From: Heptranchias perlo
Taxonomy: Eukaryota
Length of the DNA: 64,000 nt
Assembly: GCF_035084215.1 (NCBI RefSeq)
Contig: NC_090340.1
Span: 14,508,001-14,572,000, forward strand
Reading direction: 5' to 3'
Shown here: positions 1-12,260 of the stretch, piece by piece
Position numbering within the stretch: the first letter of the stretch is position 1
Layout: the number at the start of each line of letters is the position of its first letter
Program-made: the position numbers and the translations under genes
Notes under the pieces: model-generated
Database searches by the model: none
What the model was told of the DNA's origin: nothing
What the model saw: the letters and a program-made list of their open reading frames with translations, nothing else

Positions 1-680
1 TTGAAAGTGGAGTCACAGGTGGATAGGGTGGTGAAGAAGGCATTCAGCATGCTTGGTTTCATTGGTCAGAACATTGAATACAGGAGTTGGGATGTCTTGT
101 TGAAGTTGTACAAGACATTAGTAAGGCCACACTTGGAATACTGTGTACAGTTCTGGTCACCCTATTATAGAAAGGATATTATTAAACTAGAAAGAGTGCA
201 GAAAAGATTTACTAGGATGCTACCAGCACTTGATGGTTTGACTTATAGGGAGAGGTTGGATAGGCTGAGACTTTTTTCCCTGGAGAGTAGGAGGTTTAGG
301 GGTGATCTTATAGAAGTCTATAAAATAATGAGGGTCATAGATAAGGTCGATAGTCAAAATCTTTTCCCAAAGGTAGGGGAGTCTATAACGAGGCGGCATA
401 GATTTAAGGTGAGAGGGGAGAGATACAAAAGGGTCCAGAGTGGCAATTTTTTCACTCAAAGGGTGGTGAGTGTCTGGAATGAGCTGCCAGAGGCAGTAGT
501 AGAGGCGGGTACAATTTTGTCTTTTAAAAAGCATTTGGACAGTTACATGGGTAAGATGGGTATAGAGGGATATGGGCCAAGTGCAGGCAATTGGGACTAG
601 CTTAGTGGTATAAACTGGGCGACATGGACATGTTGGGCCGAAGGGCCTGTTTCCATGTTGTAAACTTCTATGATGCTATG
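1..680 (+). mobile_element. CR1 LINE 3' portion (RT C-terminus, 3' UTR, TTCTATGA-type tail)
   Basis: ORF 1..600 has CR1 motifs LYKTLVRPHLEYCVQFWSP, RGDLIEVYKIM and FFTQRVVSVWN; ends in ttctatgatgctatg. Confidence 0.93.
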
Positions 681-885
681 GTGGATGGGGTGCCAATCAA
701 GCGGGCTGCTTTGTCCTGGATTGTGTCGAGCTTCTTGAGTGTTGTTGGAGCTGCACTCATCCAGGCAAGTGGAGAGTATTCCATCACACTCCTGACTTGT
801 GCCTTGTAGATGGTGGAAAGGCTTTGGGGAGTCAGGAGGTGAGTCACTCGCCACAGAATACCCAGCCTCTGACCTGCTCTGACCT
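681..885 (-). mobile_element. fragment of the tRNA-headed APE-RT LINE family (family B)
   Basis: Translates YKAQVRSVMEYSPLAWMSAAPTTLKKLDTIQDKAARLIG; near identical to 9440-9640 and 53820-54020. Confidence 0.88.
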
Positions 886-1890
886 GTTCAGACAAGACAC
901 AACACTAACGCTCCCGAGTTCACACAAGCCACAGCTCCAACATTTGTGAGGTCAGATAGCGCACAGTACTAACAGTCATGAATTCAGACAAGGCATAGTG
1001 CATCACTCATGAGTTCATACCAAGCACGGCATTAACACTACTAAATTCAGACAAGGCACAATGTTAACACTCGTGAGCTCAGACAAGGCACAGCACTAAC
1101 TCTTGTGAGTTCCGATAATGCATAGCGCTAACACTCTCGAGTTTAGACAAGACACAGTGCTAACAGTCATGAGTTCAGACAAGACACAACGCATCACTCG
1201 TGAGTTCAGATATGGCACAACGCTAACAGTCGTGAGTTCAGACAAGACACAACGCATCACTCGTGAGTTCAGATATGGCACAACGCTAACAGTCGTGAGT
1301 TCAGACAAGACACAACGCATCACTCGTGAGTTCAGATATGGCACAACGCTAACAGTCGTGAGTTCAGACAAGACACAACGCATCACTCGTGAGTTCAGAT
1401 ATGGCACAACGCTAACAATCGTGAGTTCAGACAAGACACAACGCATCACTCGTGAGTTCAGATATGGCACAACGCTAACAGTCGTGAGTTCAGACAAGAC
1501 ACAACGCATCACTCGTGAGTTCAGATATGGCACAACGCTAACAGTCGTGAGTTCAGACAAGACACAACGCATCACTCGTGAGTTCAGATATGGCACAACG
1601 CTAACAGTCGTGAGTTCAGACAAGACACAACGCATCACTCGTGAGTTCAGATATGGCACAACGCTAACAATCGTGAGTTCAGATAAGGCACAGTGCTAAC
1701 ACTCGTGAATTCAGATATCACACAGTGCCAACAATCCTAAGTTCAGAAAAGGCATAGGACTAACATTCGTGAGTTCAGATAATGCACAGAGCTATCGCTC
1801 GTGCATTTAGAAAAAGCATAGTGCTAACACTCGTGAGTTCAGACACGTCACAACCTTAACACTCCTGAGTTCAGACAAGAAAGAGTGCTG
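886..1890. repeat. 31/32-bp minisatellite with a homogeneous 63-bp dimer block at ~1171-1680
   Basis: Unit ~gagttcagacaaggcacagcgctaacactcgt; starts at 1171, 1202 and 1234 give a 31+32=63 period (~8 near-identical dimers). Confidence 0.95.
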
Positions 1891-2062
1891 AACTCCCCAA
1901 GTTCTAATATTGGAGGTGGTAACGTGCAGTGCTTACAGTCCAGGAGCCAACACTGTGCTAATGCTAACACAAAGATGTCCACAGCAAGCACATATCTTGT
2001 CTGCTGACTGGAACAGGGCAGTATGTTTTCCTATTTCTCTTCTTTATGAGGAGGGAGCTAAC

Positions 2063-2415
2063 TGAAGTTACGCTGAAATGTGTTAAATTTGCTTGATCAC
2101 TGGTCAGTATGAGCACACTCCTGTGTTGAGAGACTATCTAAGGCAGACCTGAACTTTGTAGCAAGCTAGACAGAACCTCGTCCTGCCATCTTGTGCATTC
2201 CAGGCACAATTATTCAGACAGCCTTAATGTGGCGGCAATAACAAAAATAACTTACATTTATATAGCACCTTTAACATAGGAAAACATCCGAATGTGCTTC
2301 ACAGGAGTGTAATCAGATAAAAATTGACACCAAGGCAAAGGAAGAGATATCAGGATGGGTGACCAAGCGCTTGATTAAAGAGGTGGTGTAGGAGTATGGT
2401 TCGAGCCCCAAGTGA
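2063..2415. repeat. local duplicated module (unique segment, L2 3' tail, first bases of an LTR-like element)
   Basis: Matches 6103-6230 plus 7168-7375 and, in part, 5305-5485. Confidence 0.8.
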
Positions 2416-2466
2416 GTTTAACACTACTGAGTTCAGACAAGGCACAAAATGTTAACACAATGTTAA

Positions 2467-4117
2467 GACGTCGCTGTCTTTTGCTAGGATCAGCTGTCGG
2501 TCCGTGGATTGATGAGCATCTGCGACAAGTTTGAACTGGCCTCAGGGGCCAGGGTAAATCATACCAAGAGCGAGGCCATGTTCTTTGGGAACTGGACCGA
2601 CCGATCCTTTGTCCCCTTCACCGTCAGGTCGGATTACCTGAAGGTGCTGGGGATCTGGTTCGGGGGGGCCGGTGCGTGCACCAAGAACTGGAAGGAACGT
2701 ATTTCCAAGGTGAAGCAGAAACTGGGACTGTGGGATCGACGATCCCTCTCGATCATGGGCAAAAATCTGGTCATCAGGTGCGAGGCGCTCTCGGTGTTGC
2801 TGTGCTTGGCACAGGTCTGGCCCATACCTCGTTCCTACGCCGTGACAGTCACCCGAGCCATCTTCTGCTTTATCTGGAGATCAAAAATGGACCGTGTCTG
2901 CAGGGACACGATGTACAAATCTCTGGAGAAAGGGGGAAAAGGTGTGCCCAACGTGGCCCTCATCCTGATGGCCACTTTCGTGTGCGGCTGCATCAAGCTT
3001 TGCGTGGACCCTTGGTACGAAAACACAAAATGTCACTAAGTGCTGAGGTTCTACCTGTCCCCGGTGTTGCGAAGGATGGGCCTGGCCATGCTGCCACGGA
3101 ACACTCCGTCCAGTTGGACCATTCCGCCCCACCTGTCCTTCGTCGAAAAGTTTATGCAAAAAAACACTTTCGACCACAAGGCGATCAGTAAGTGGTCCGC
3201 ACATAACGTCCTCGAGACCCTGTGGGAAAAGGAGATGATGGATCCTGCCAGTTGGTTCCCCGAGCAGACTGTCAATGTCATTTGGCAGAACGCCTCATTG
3301 CCAGAACTTTCAAACAAGCACCAAGACATAGCATGGCTGGTGGTGAGAAGGGCCCTTCCTGTCAGATCCTTCATGCACTCCCGGACTCTCAGCGCCACCG
3401 CACACTGTCCGCGAGGAGGCTGCGGTGCAGACGAAACCATCACCCATCTCCTTCTGGAGTGCGCCTTTGCAAGGAAGATCTGGAGAGAGATGCAGTGGTA
3501 TCTGTCCAGTTTCGTCCCGAGCAGTTTCATAACACAGGACTCTGTGCTCTACGGGTTGTTCCTGGGGACGCACACCGAGACAGACATCAACTGCTGCTGG
3601 AAGACCATTAACTCGGTGAAAGACGCCCTTTGGTCTGCCCGAAACCTGCTGGTCTTCCAGTGCAAGGAGCTGTCCTCGACCGAGTGTTGCAGACTGGCAC
3701 ATTCCAAGGTCCAGGACTACGTGCTCAGGGACGCACTGAAGCTAGGTGCGGCCGCCGCAAGGGCTCTGTGGGGAAAGGCAACCATTTAGAGCCTTCCCAC
3801 CATTGTATACCGAGGGGCTGCAATCAGGGAAAAACCCCTCCGGGCAGAATGTAAAATTCAAAGTGCTGTAATGTACCTGTAATAAATCTGTAACGTACCT
3901 GTAATGAATCTGTAATCAATAATCTGTATTGAGTATAATGCAATGAGACACCCCAGAGTGTCATGAACTGTAATTATGTACAATGTGTTCATTGAACTGT
4001 ACTTGATGTAACCTGCAAATTGTATAATCTGTATTGTGTACGTTTGGAATGTGATATGACAACTGTACTGTATGTTTTGCTGCAAATTTTATGAATAAAG
4101 TATATTTTTTTTAAAAA
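2467..4117 (+). mobile_element. 5'-truncated Tx1-type (L1 clade) LINE
   Basis: ORFs 2509..3039 and 3040..3789 are in frame, split by one TAA; motifs FELASGARVN, YLKVLGIWF, GGKGVPN and a C-terminal zinc finger CPRGGC..ETITHLLLEC; 3' UTR ends aataaagtatattttttttaaaaa. Confidence 0.88.
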
Positions 4118-6102
4118 TGAGTTCAGATAACACATAGCGCTAACACTCCTAAGTTCAGACAATGCACAGCGCTAACACGCATGAGTTCAGACAAGACACA
4201 ACGCTACAACTCATGAGTTCAGATAACACATAGTGCTAACAGTTCTGAGTTCCAACAAGGCACAGCGCTAACATTCTAGATCTCAGAAAAGACACAGCAC
4301 AATCACTTGTGCGTTCAGGAAACACACAGTGCTAATACTTCCGAGTTCAGACAAGGTACAGCGCTAACACTCATGGGTTCAGACAAGACATGAGGCTAAT
4401 GCTTAGAGTTCAGATAATGCACAGCGCTAACACCACCTTGTTCAGACAAGGCACAGCATTAACACTTGCGAGATCAGACATGGCACAGCACGGCAGTAAC
4501 ACTGCTGAGTTCTGACAACACACGCCGCTAATGTTCTTAGAATCATAGAATCATAGAAGTTTACAACATGGAAACAGGCCCTTCGGCCCAACATGTCCAT
4601 GATCTTGATCTTAGAAACTACACAGCGCTATCACTACTGCGTTTAGAAAATGCACAGCGCTAACACTCGTGAGTTCAGACAAGGCACGGCATGGCACTAA
4701 CAATCCTGCGTTCAGACAAGGCACGAGGCTAACAGTTGTGAGAACAGACAAGGCACAACGCTACAGTCGTGAGTTCAGATAACTCACAGAGTTAACACTC
4801 CCCAGTTGAGACAAGGCACAGCACTAACACTCATGAGTTCAGAAAATGCACAACCCCTACGTTCGTTAGTTTGGACAAGACACAATGCTAATACTTCTGA
4901 GTTCGGACAAGGCACAGCACTAACACTCCTGAGTTGAGACAAGACGCAGCACTAACACTCATGAGTTCAGAAAATGCACAACCCCTACGTTCGTTAGTTT
5001 GGACAAGACACAATGCTAATACTTCTGAGTTCGGACAAGGCACAGCACTAACACTCCTGAGTTGAGACAAGACGCAGCGCTAACACTCATGAGTTCAGAC
5101 GAGTCACAGCGTTAACATTCGTGAGTTCAGACAGGTCACAGTGTTAACACTCCCTAGCTCAGAGAACGCACAACGCTAACACTTGTGAGTTCAGACAAGT
5201 TACAGCACTAACACTGGGGAGTTCAGACACGTCACAACATTAACACTCCCGAGTTCAGACAAGGAACAGTGCTAATACTCCCCAAGTTCTAATATTGGAG
5301 GTGGAAGCAACGACAACAACAATTTACATTTATATAGCACCTTTAACATTGGAAAATGTCCCATTGCGCTTCACAGGAGTGTAATCAGATAAAAATCAAC
5401 ACCAAGACAAAGAAGGAGATATCAGGATGGGTGACCAAGAGCTTGATTAAAACGATAGTGTAGGAGTATGGTTCGAGCCCCATGTGAGTTCAGCACTCCT
5501 GTGTTCAGACAAGGCACAAGGCTAACACTCATGAGTTCAGGTAATGCACAACGCTAACACCCATGAGCTTGGAGAAGGCACAATGCTAATACTTCTGTGT
5601 TCAGACAAGGACAGTGCTAACACTCCCGAGTTCAAACAAGGCACAGCACCAACATTCGTGAAGGCAGTTAATGCACATCGCTAACAGTCTTAAGCTCAGA
5701 TAAAGCATAGCGCATCACTCGTGAGTTCAGACAAAGCGTGGCATTAACACTCGTGAGTTCAGATAATGCACAACGCTAACACTCCCAAGTTCAGACAAGG
5801 CACAGCACTAATACTCGTGAGTTCCCACAAGACACGCCGCTACAATTAGTGAGTTCAGATGACACACAGCACTAACACTCTTGGGTTCATATAATGCTTA
5901 CTGCTAACAGTCCTGAGTTTAGACAAGGCACAATGCACAACATTCTTGATCTGACAATTCACAGCGCTATCACTCATGCATTCAGAAGATGCATTTCCAA
6001 ATTCAGAAAAGGCGCAGCACTAACATTCCCAAGTTCAGACAAGGCACAAGGTTAACAGTTGTGAGTTCAGACAAGGCACTGCGCTAACACTCGTGAGCTC
6101 AG
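4118..6102. repeat. continuation of the 31/32-bp minisatellite (diverged, interrupted)
   Basis: Same gagttcagacaaggcacagc..taacactc unit; interrupted at ~4538-4605 and ~5285-5485. Confidence 0.92.
4538..4601 (-). mobile_element. very short CR1 3' tail insertion
   Basis: tagaatcatagaatcatagaagtttacaacatggaaacaggcccttcggcccaacatgtccatg is the reverse complement of the tail at 623-680. Confidence 0.85.
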
Positions 6103-6230
6103 TGAAATTACGCTGAAATGTGTTAAATTTGCCTCAACAGACACTGGTCAATATGAGCACACTCCTGTGTTGAGAGACTATCTAAGGCAGACCTGAACTT
6201 TGTAGCAAGCTGGACAGAACCTCATCCTGT

Positions 6231-7168
6231 CATAGAATCATAGAATCATAGAAGTTACAACATGGAAACAGGCCCTTCGGCCCAACATGTCCATGTCGCC
6301 CAGTTTATACCACTAAGCTAGTCCCAATTGCCTGCACTTGGCCCATATCCCTCGATACCCATCTTCCCCATGTAACTGTCCAAATGCTTTTTAAAAGACA
6401 AAATTGTACCCGCCTCTACTACTGCCTCTGGCAGCTCGTTTCAGACACTCACCACCCTTTGAGTGAAAAAATTGCCCCTCTGGATCCTTTTGTATCTCTC
6501 CCCTCTCACCTTAAATCTGTGCCCCCTCGTTATAGACTCCCCTACCTTTGGGAAAAGATTTTGACTATCGATCTTATCTATGCCCCTCATTATTTTATAG
6601 ACTTCTATAAGATCACCCCTTAACCTCCTACTCTCCAGGGAAAAAAGTCCCAGTCTGTCTAACCTCTCCCTGTAAGTCAAACCATCAAGTCCCGGTAGCA
6701 TCCTAGTAAATCTTTTCTGCACTCTTTCTAGTTTAATAATATCCTTTCTATAATAGGGTGACCAGAACTGTACACAGTACTCCAAGTGTGGCCTCACCAA
6801 TGCCCTGTACAACTTCAACAAGACATCCCAACTCCTGCATTCAATGTTCTGACCAATGAAACCAAGCATGCTGAATGCCTTCTTCACCACCCTATCCACC
6901 TGTGACTCCACTTTCAAGGAGCTATGAATCTGTACTCCTAGATCTCTTTGTTCTATAACTCTCCCCAACGCCCTACCATTAACGGAGTAGGTCCTGGCCC
7001 GATTCGATCTACCAAAATGCATCACCTCACATTTATCTAAATTAAACTCCATCTGCCATTCATCGGCCCACTGGCCCAATTTATCAAGATCCCGTTGCAA
7101 TCCTAGATAACCTTCTTCACTGTCCACAATGCCACCAATCTTGGTGTCATCTGCAAACATACTAACCA
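6231..7168 (-). mobile_element. 5'-truncated CR1 LINE, same subfamily as 1..680
   Basis: ORF 6441..7178 has FADDTKIGG and LVRPHLEYCVQFWSP; (catagaat)n tail at the left end. Confidence 0.93.
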
Positions 7169-7204
7169 TTCTAGGCACAGTTATTCAGAGAGCCTTAATG
7201 TGGC

Positions 7205-8535
7205 AGCAACAACAGCTTACATTTATATAGCACCTTTAACTAGGAAAATGTCCTAATGCACTTCACAGGAGTTTAATCAGGTAAAAATCGACACCAAGGC
7301 AAAGGAGATATCAGAATGGGTCGACAAAGAGCTTCAGTGAAGAGGTGGTGTGGAAGTATGGTTCAAGCCCCATGTAGTCAAATATCCCATAAGACACTGC
7401 GCCGCCTGGGCCTACGTAAGAATGGGAACTGAGCTAACTAAGTTCAGGAGAACAATAACGGTCTGACGAGATAAAGTAAGGATGGATTGACACAGTCATA
7501 TTGACTGAGCACATCCACCATTACTGCTGATAAACAGGACAGTTGGACGAGGTAATTATAGGTTCAGTACATGTATAGATAAGAAGTTGCCACATCTTGG
7601 TGACTAAATTATTGTCCAAGAAATGTGTAGAATGCGACAGCCAAAGGCTACAAAGGGAGGGCTCAGGCCACTTAGAGTTAGAACAGTTCTGATCAGTTTG
7701 CGTTTGCGGGAAAACCAGGTTTTATAAGTTCATATTAAATAACTGTAACAGTTATTATGCTATTGATGTCTATGTAATAAACTTATTTTCAACAACACAC
7801 TCGAGCCTGAACGTGAGGAATCATTTGTCCAAAGTCATAGATTCCTTACAGGGAGGTTTTAAGGAAGATCTTAAAGTAGGAGAGAGTAAAGAGGTGGAGA
7901 GATTTAGGGAGGGAATTCCAAAGCTTAGGTTTGCGAAGGGAGTGGCGGATGCACAAGAGGCCAGATTTGGAGGAATGCAGATTTATTGGTGAGTTGTCGG
8001 GCTGGAGAAGGTCACAAAGATATGAAGGGGTGAGGCCATGGAGGGTTTTGTACGTGAGGATGAGAATTTGAAACTCATGGCATTGGTGGACTGGGTGCCA
8101 ATGTAGGTGAACAAGCACAGGGATGATGGGTGAGTGGGACTTGGTGCGAGTTAGGATTCTGAGCAGCAGAGTTTTGGATGAGCTCAAGTTTATGCAGGGT
8201 GGAAGATGGGAGGCCGGCCAGAAGAACATTAGTATTGTAGGGTCTGGAAGTAACAAAAGCAAGGTTGAGGGTTTCAGCAGCAGATAAGTTGAGGCAGGTG
8301 GTGAGACTGATGATGTTACGGAGGTAGAAGTAGGCAACCTTTGTATGGAGAGGCTATGGGGTCCGAAGCTCAGCTCAGGGTCATATAGCATGTCGAGGTT
8401 GTAAATGGTATGGTTCAGCCTGAGACAGTGAACAGGGAGCGGGATGGAATCAGTAGTGAGGGAACAGAGTTAGAGGCGGGCACCGAAGACAATGGCTTTG
8501 GTCCACCCAATGTTCAATTGGAGGAACTTGCAGCT
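7205..8535 (-). mobile_element. L2 LINE 3' fragment interrupted by an LTR-like element
   Basis: Minus ORF 7846..8391 has the L2-type C-terminus ILTRTKSHSPIIPVLVHLHW..ILTYKTLHGLTPSYLCDLL; L2-type tail (acatttatatagcaccttt) at 7205-7348. Confidence 0.75.
7349..7850 (+). mobile_element. solo LTR-like element (~500 bp)
   Basis: Begins TGT, ends TACA, has AATAAA near 7776 and splits a contiguous L2 sequence; TSD is degenerate. Confidence 0.55.
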
Positions 8536-9066
8536 CATGCTGCTCATTCTCCTTCCGTTGCTTCTTCTCTTGCTCATTCAAAAAAAAGAGTTCACAAGGT
8601 AACTATGGATGAGCAAAGCTATTTTGCTCGCCTTGAATCAAATATTGATCCCTTTGTGTGAAGAAGGATTTCTTGATATTAGTTTTAAATTTGAATCTAT
8701 GTCATTTTCTCCTAAACTGGCAATCCTCCTTATGGCCCTTCTTGGGAGTCACGTCTACTATGTTGAACTGCCATTTCGAAGCAGTCAAGCCAACGTATGA
8801 GACTTCCACCTATGGAAGCAGTAACTGTTAACACTGCATAATTACAACAGCTCTTATACTCCCGTCTTGATGTCTGGCGGCTGCAGTGATCTCCTGGACT
8901 GCCACAATCACAGGGTTTTCCTCACTTCATCTCCTGCCTCCCTCATTGCATTGCAGATGCAGTTTCTGGACTTCTCCAATGGTTCCATCATCCGCACCAG
9001 GAGACAAGAGTCTCTCCTACTGCCTGCAAGTGAGACCTAGGCTCGTGCATCATTGATCTTTAACAC

Positions 9067-12000
9067 TTTTTTTTATTCGTTCATGGGATGTGGGTGTCAC
9101 TGGTGAGGCCAGCATTTATTGCCCATCCCTAATTGCCCTTGAGAAGGTGGTGGTGAGCCGCCTTCTTGAACCGCTGCAGCCCGTGTGGTAAAGGTTCTCC
9201 CACAGTGCTGTTAGGAAGGGAGTTCCAGGATTTTGACCCAGCGACGATGAAGGAACGGCGATATATTTCCAAGTCGGGATGGTCTGTGGCTTGGAGGGGA
9301 ACGTGCAGGTGGTGTTGTTCCCATGTGCCTGCTAGGTGGTAGAGGTCGCGGGTTTGGGAGGTGCTGTCGAATAAGCTGTGGATGGTACACACTGCAGCCA
9401 CAGTACGCTGGTGGTGGAGGGAGTGAATGTTTAGGGTGGTGGATGGGGTGCCAATCAAGCGGGCTGCTTTGTCCTGGATGGTGTCGAGCATCTTGAGTGT
9501 TGTTGGAGCTGCACTCATCCAAGCAAGTGGAGAGTATTCCATCACACTCCTAACTTGTGCCTTGTAGATGGTGGAAAGGCTTTGGGGAGTCAGGAGGTGA
9601 GTCACTCGCCACAGAATACCCAGCCTCTGACCTGCTCTTGTAGCCACAGTGTTTATGTGGCTGATCCAGTTAAGTTTCTCGTCAATGGTGACCTCCAGGA
9701 TGTTGATGGTGGGTGATTCGGCGATGGTATTGCGGTTGAATGTCAAGGGGAGGTGTTCAGACTCTCTCTTGTTGGAGATGGTCATTGCCTGGCACTTATC
9801 TGGCGCGAATGTTCCTTGCCACTTATCAGCCCTAGCCTGGATGTTGTCCAGGTCTCGCTGCATGCGGGCACGGACTGCTTCATTATCTGAGGGGTTCGAA
9901 TGCAACTGAACACAGTGCAATCATCAGTGAACATCCCCATTTCTGACCTTAAGATGGAGGGAAGGTCATTGTTGAAGCAGCTGAAGATGGTTGGGCCTAG
10001 GACGCTGCTCTGAGGAACTCCTGCAGCAATGTCCTGGGGCTGAGATGATTGGCCTCCAACAACCACTACCATCTTCCTTTGTGCTAGGTATGGCTCCAGC
10101 CACTGGAGAGTTTTCCCTGTCATTCCCATTGACTTCAATTTTACTAGTGCTCCTTGGTGCCACACTCGGTCAAATGCTGCCTTGATGTCAAGGGCAGTCA
10201 CTCTCACCTCACCTCTGGAATTCAGCTCTTTTGTCCATGTTTTGACCAAGGCTGTAATGAGGTCTGGAGCCGAGTGGTCCTGGTGGAACTCAAACTGAGC
10301 ATCGATGAGCAGGTTATTGGTGAGTAAGTGCCGCTTGATAGCACTGTCGACAACACCTTCCATCACTTTGCTGATGATTGAGAGTAGGCTGATGGGGCGG
10401 TAATTGGCCGGATTGGATTTGTCCTGCTTTTTGTGGACAGGACATACCTGGGCAATTTTCCACAATGTCGGGTAGATGCCAGTGTTGTAGCTGTACTGGA
10501 ACAGTTTGGCTAGAGGCGCGGCTAGTTCTGGAGCACAAGACTTCAGCACTACAGCCGGGATGTTGTCGGGGCCCATAGCCTTTGCTGTATCCAGTGCACT
10601 CAGCCGTTTCTTGATATCATGTGTAGTGAATCGAATTGGCTGAAGACTGGCTTCTGTGATGGTGGGGATATCGGGAGGAGGCCGAGATGGATCATCCACT
10701 CGGCACTTCTGGCTGAAGATGGTTGCAAACACATGCTGGACTCTGCCATCATTGAGTATGGGGATGTTTACAGAGCCTCCTCCTCCCGTTAGTTGTCTAA
10801 TTGTCCACCACCATTAACGACTGGATGTGGCAGGACTGCAGAGCTTTGATCTGATCCGTTGGTCGTGGAATCACTTAGCTCTGTCTATGGCATGTTGCTT
10901 CCGTTGTTTAGCATGCATGTAGTCCTGAGTTGTCGCTTCACCAGGTTGGCACCTCATTTTTAGGTACGCCTGGTGCTGCTTCTGGCATAATCATCTACAC
11001 TCCTCATTGAACCAGGGTTGATCCCCTGGCTTGTTGGTAATGGTAGAGAGAGGAATTGCCGGGCCATGAGGTTACAGATTGTGCTGGAATGCAATTCTGC
11101 TGCTGCTAATGGCCCACAGCGCCTCATGGATTCTCCAATTTTGTGCTGCTAGATCTTTTCTGAATCTATCCCATTTAGCACGGTGATAGTGCCACACAAC
11201 ACGACGGATGGTGTCCTCACTGCGAAGATGGGACTTCATCTCCACGAGGACTGTGCGGTGGTCACTCCTACCAATGCTGTCATGGACAGATGCATCTGCG
11301 ACAGGTAGATTGGTGAGGACGAGGTCAAGTCGGTTTTTCCCTCGTGTTGGTTCACTCACCACCTGCTGCAGGCCCAGTCTGGCAGTTATGTCCTTCAGGA
11401 CTCGGCCAGCTCGGTCAGCAGCGGTGCTACCGAGCCACTCTTGGTGATGGACATTGAAGTTCCCCACCCAGAGTACATTCTGTGCCCTTCCTACCCTCAG
11501 TGCTTCCTCCAAGTGGTGTTCAATATGGAGGAGGGCTGATTCATCAGCCGTGGGAGGGCGGTGGGTGGTAATCAGTGGGAGATTTCCTTGTCCCAGGTTT
11601 AACCTGATGTAATGAGATTTCATGGGGTCCAGAGTCAATGTTGAGGACTCCCAGGGCCACTCCCTCCTGACTGTTTATCACTGTAACACCACCTCTGGTC
11701 GGTCTGTCCTGCCGTTGGGACATGACCTACCCAGGGATGGTGATGGAAGAGTCTGGGACGTTGGCTGAAAGGTATGATTCTGTGAGTATGGCTATGTCAG
11801 GCTGTTGCTTAACTAATCTGTGGGACAGCTCTCCCAATTTTGGCACAAGTTCCCAGATGTTCGTGAGGAGGACCTTGCAGGGTCGACTGGGCTTGGTTTG
11901 CCTTTATCGTGTCTGGTCCCTAGTGGTCCGATGCTGGGTGGTCTGTCCGGTTTTATTCTTATGACTTTTTTTAAGTGAGATTTTACAACTTAGTAGCTTG

Positions 12001-12260
12001 CTAGGCCATTTCAGAGGGCAATTAAGAATCAACCACATTGCTGTGGGTCTGGAGTCTCGTATAGGCCAGACTGGGTAAGGACAGCAGGTTTCCTTCCCTA
12101 AAGGACATTAGTGAACCAGATGGGTTTTTACGACAATCCGGTCATTTCATGGCCACCATTACTGATGCTAGTTTTTTTTTCATTCCAGATTTAAATTTTT
12201 TAAAAAATTAATTGAGTTTAAATTCCTCAGCTGCTGTGGCGGGATTTGAACTCATGACTC
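9067..12260 (-). mobile_element. near full-length family B LINE (APE-RT, frameshifted) with tRNA-like B box
   Basis: ORFs 11072..11638 (APE), 9782..10732 and 9129..9920 (RT); poly(A) read as a T run at 9067-9074; B box gggatttgaactc at 12241-12253. Confidence 0.92.

Noticed and set aside
1096-1699. 187-aa and 193-aa ORFs with 21-aa repeats
   Set aside because: By-products of the 63-bp repeat period; open on both strands with no domain or splice support
886-6102. CRISPR-like periodicity and CACAGTG (RSS heptamer) matches in the minisatellite
   Set aside because: No unique spacers, no cas genes and eukaryotic context; no nonamer seen at 12/23 spacing and no V/J segments nearby
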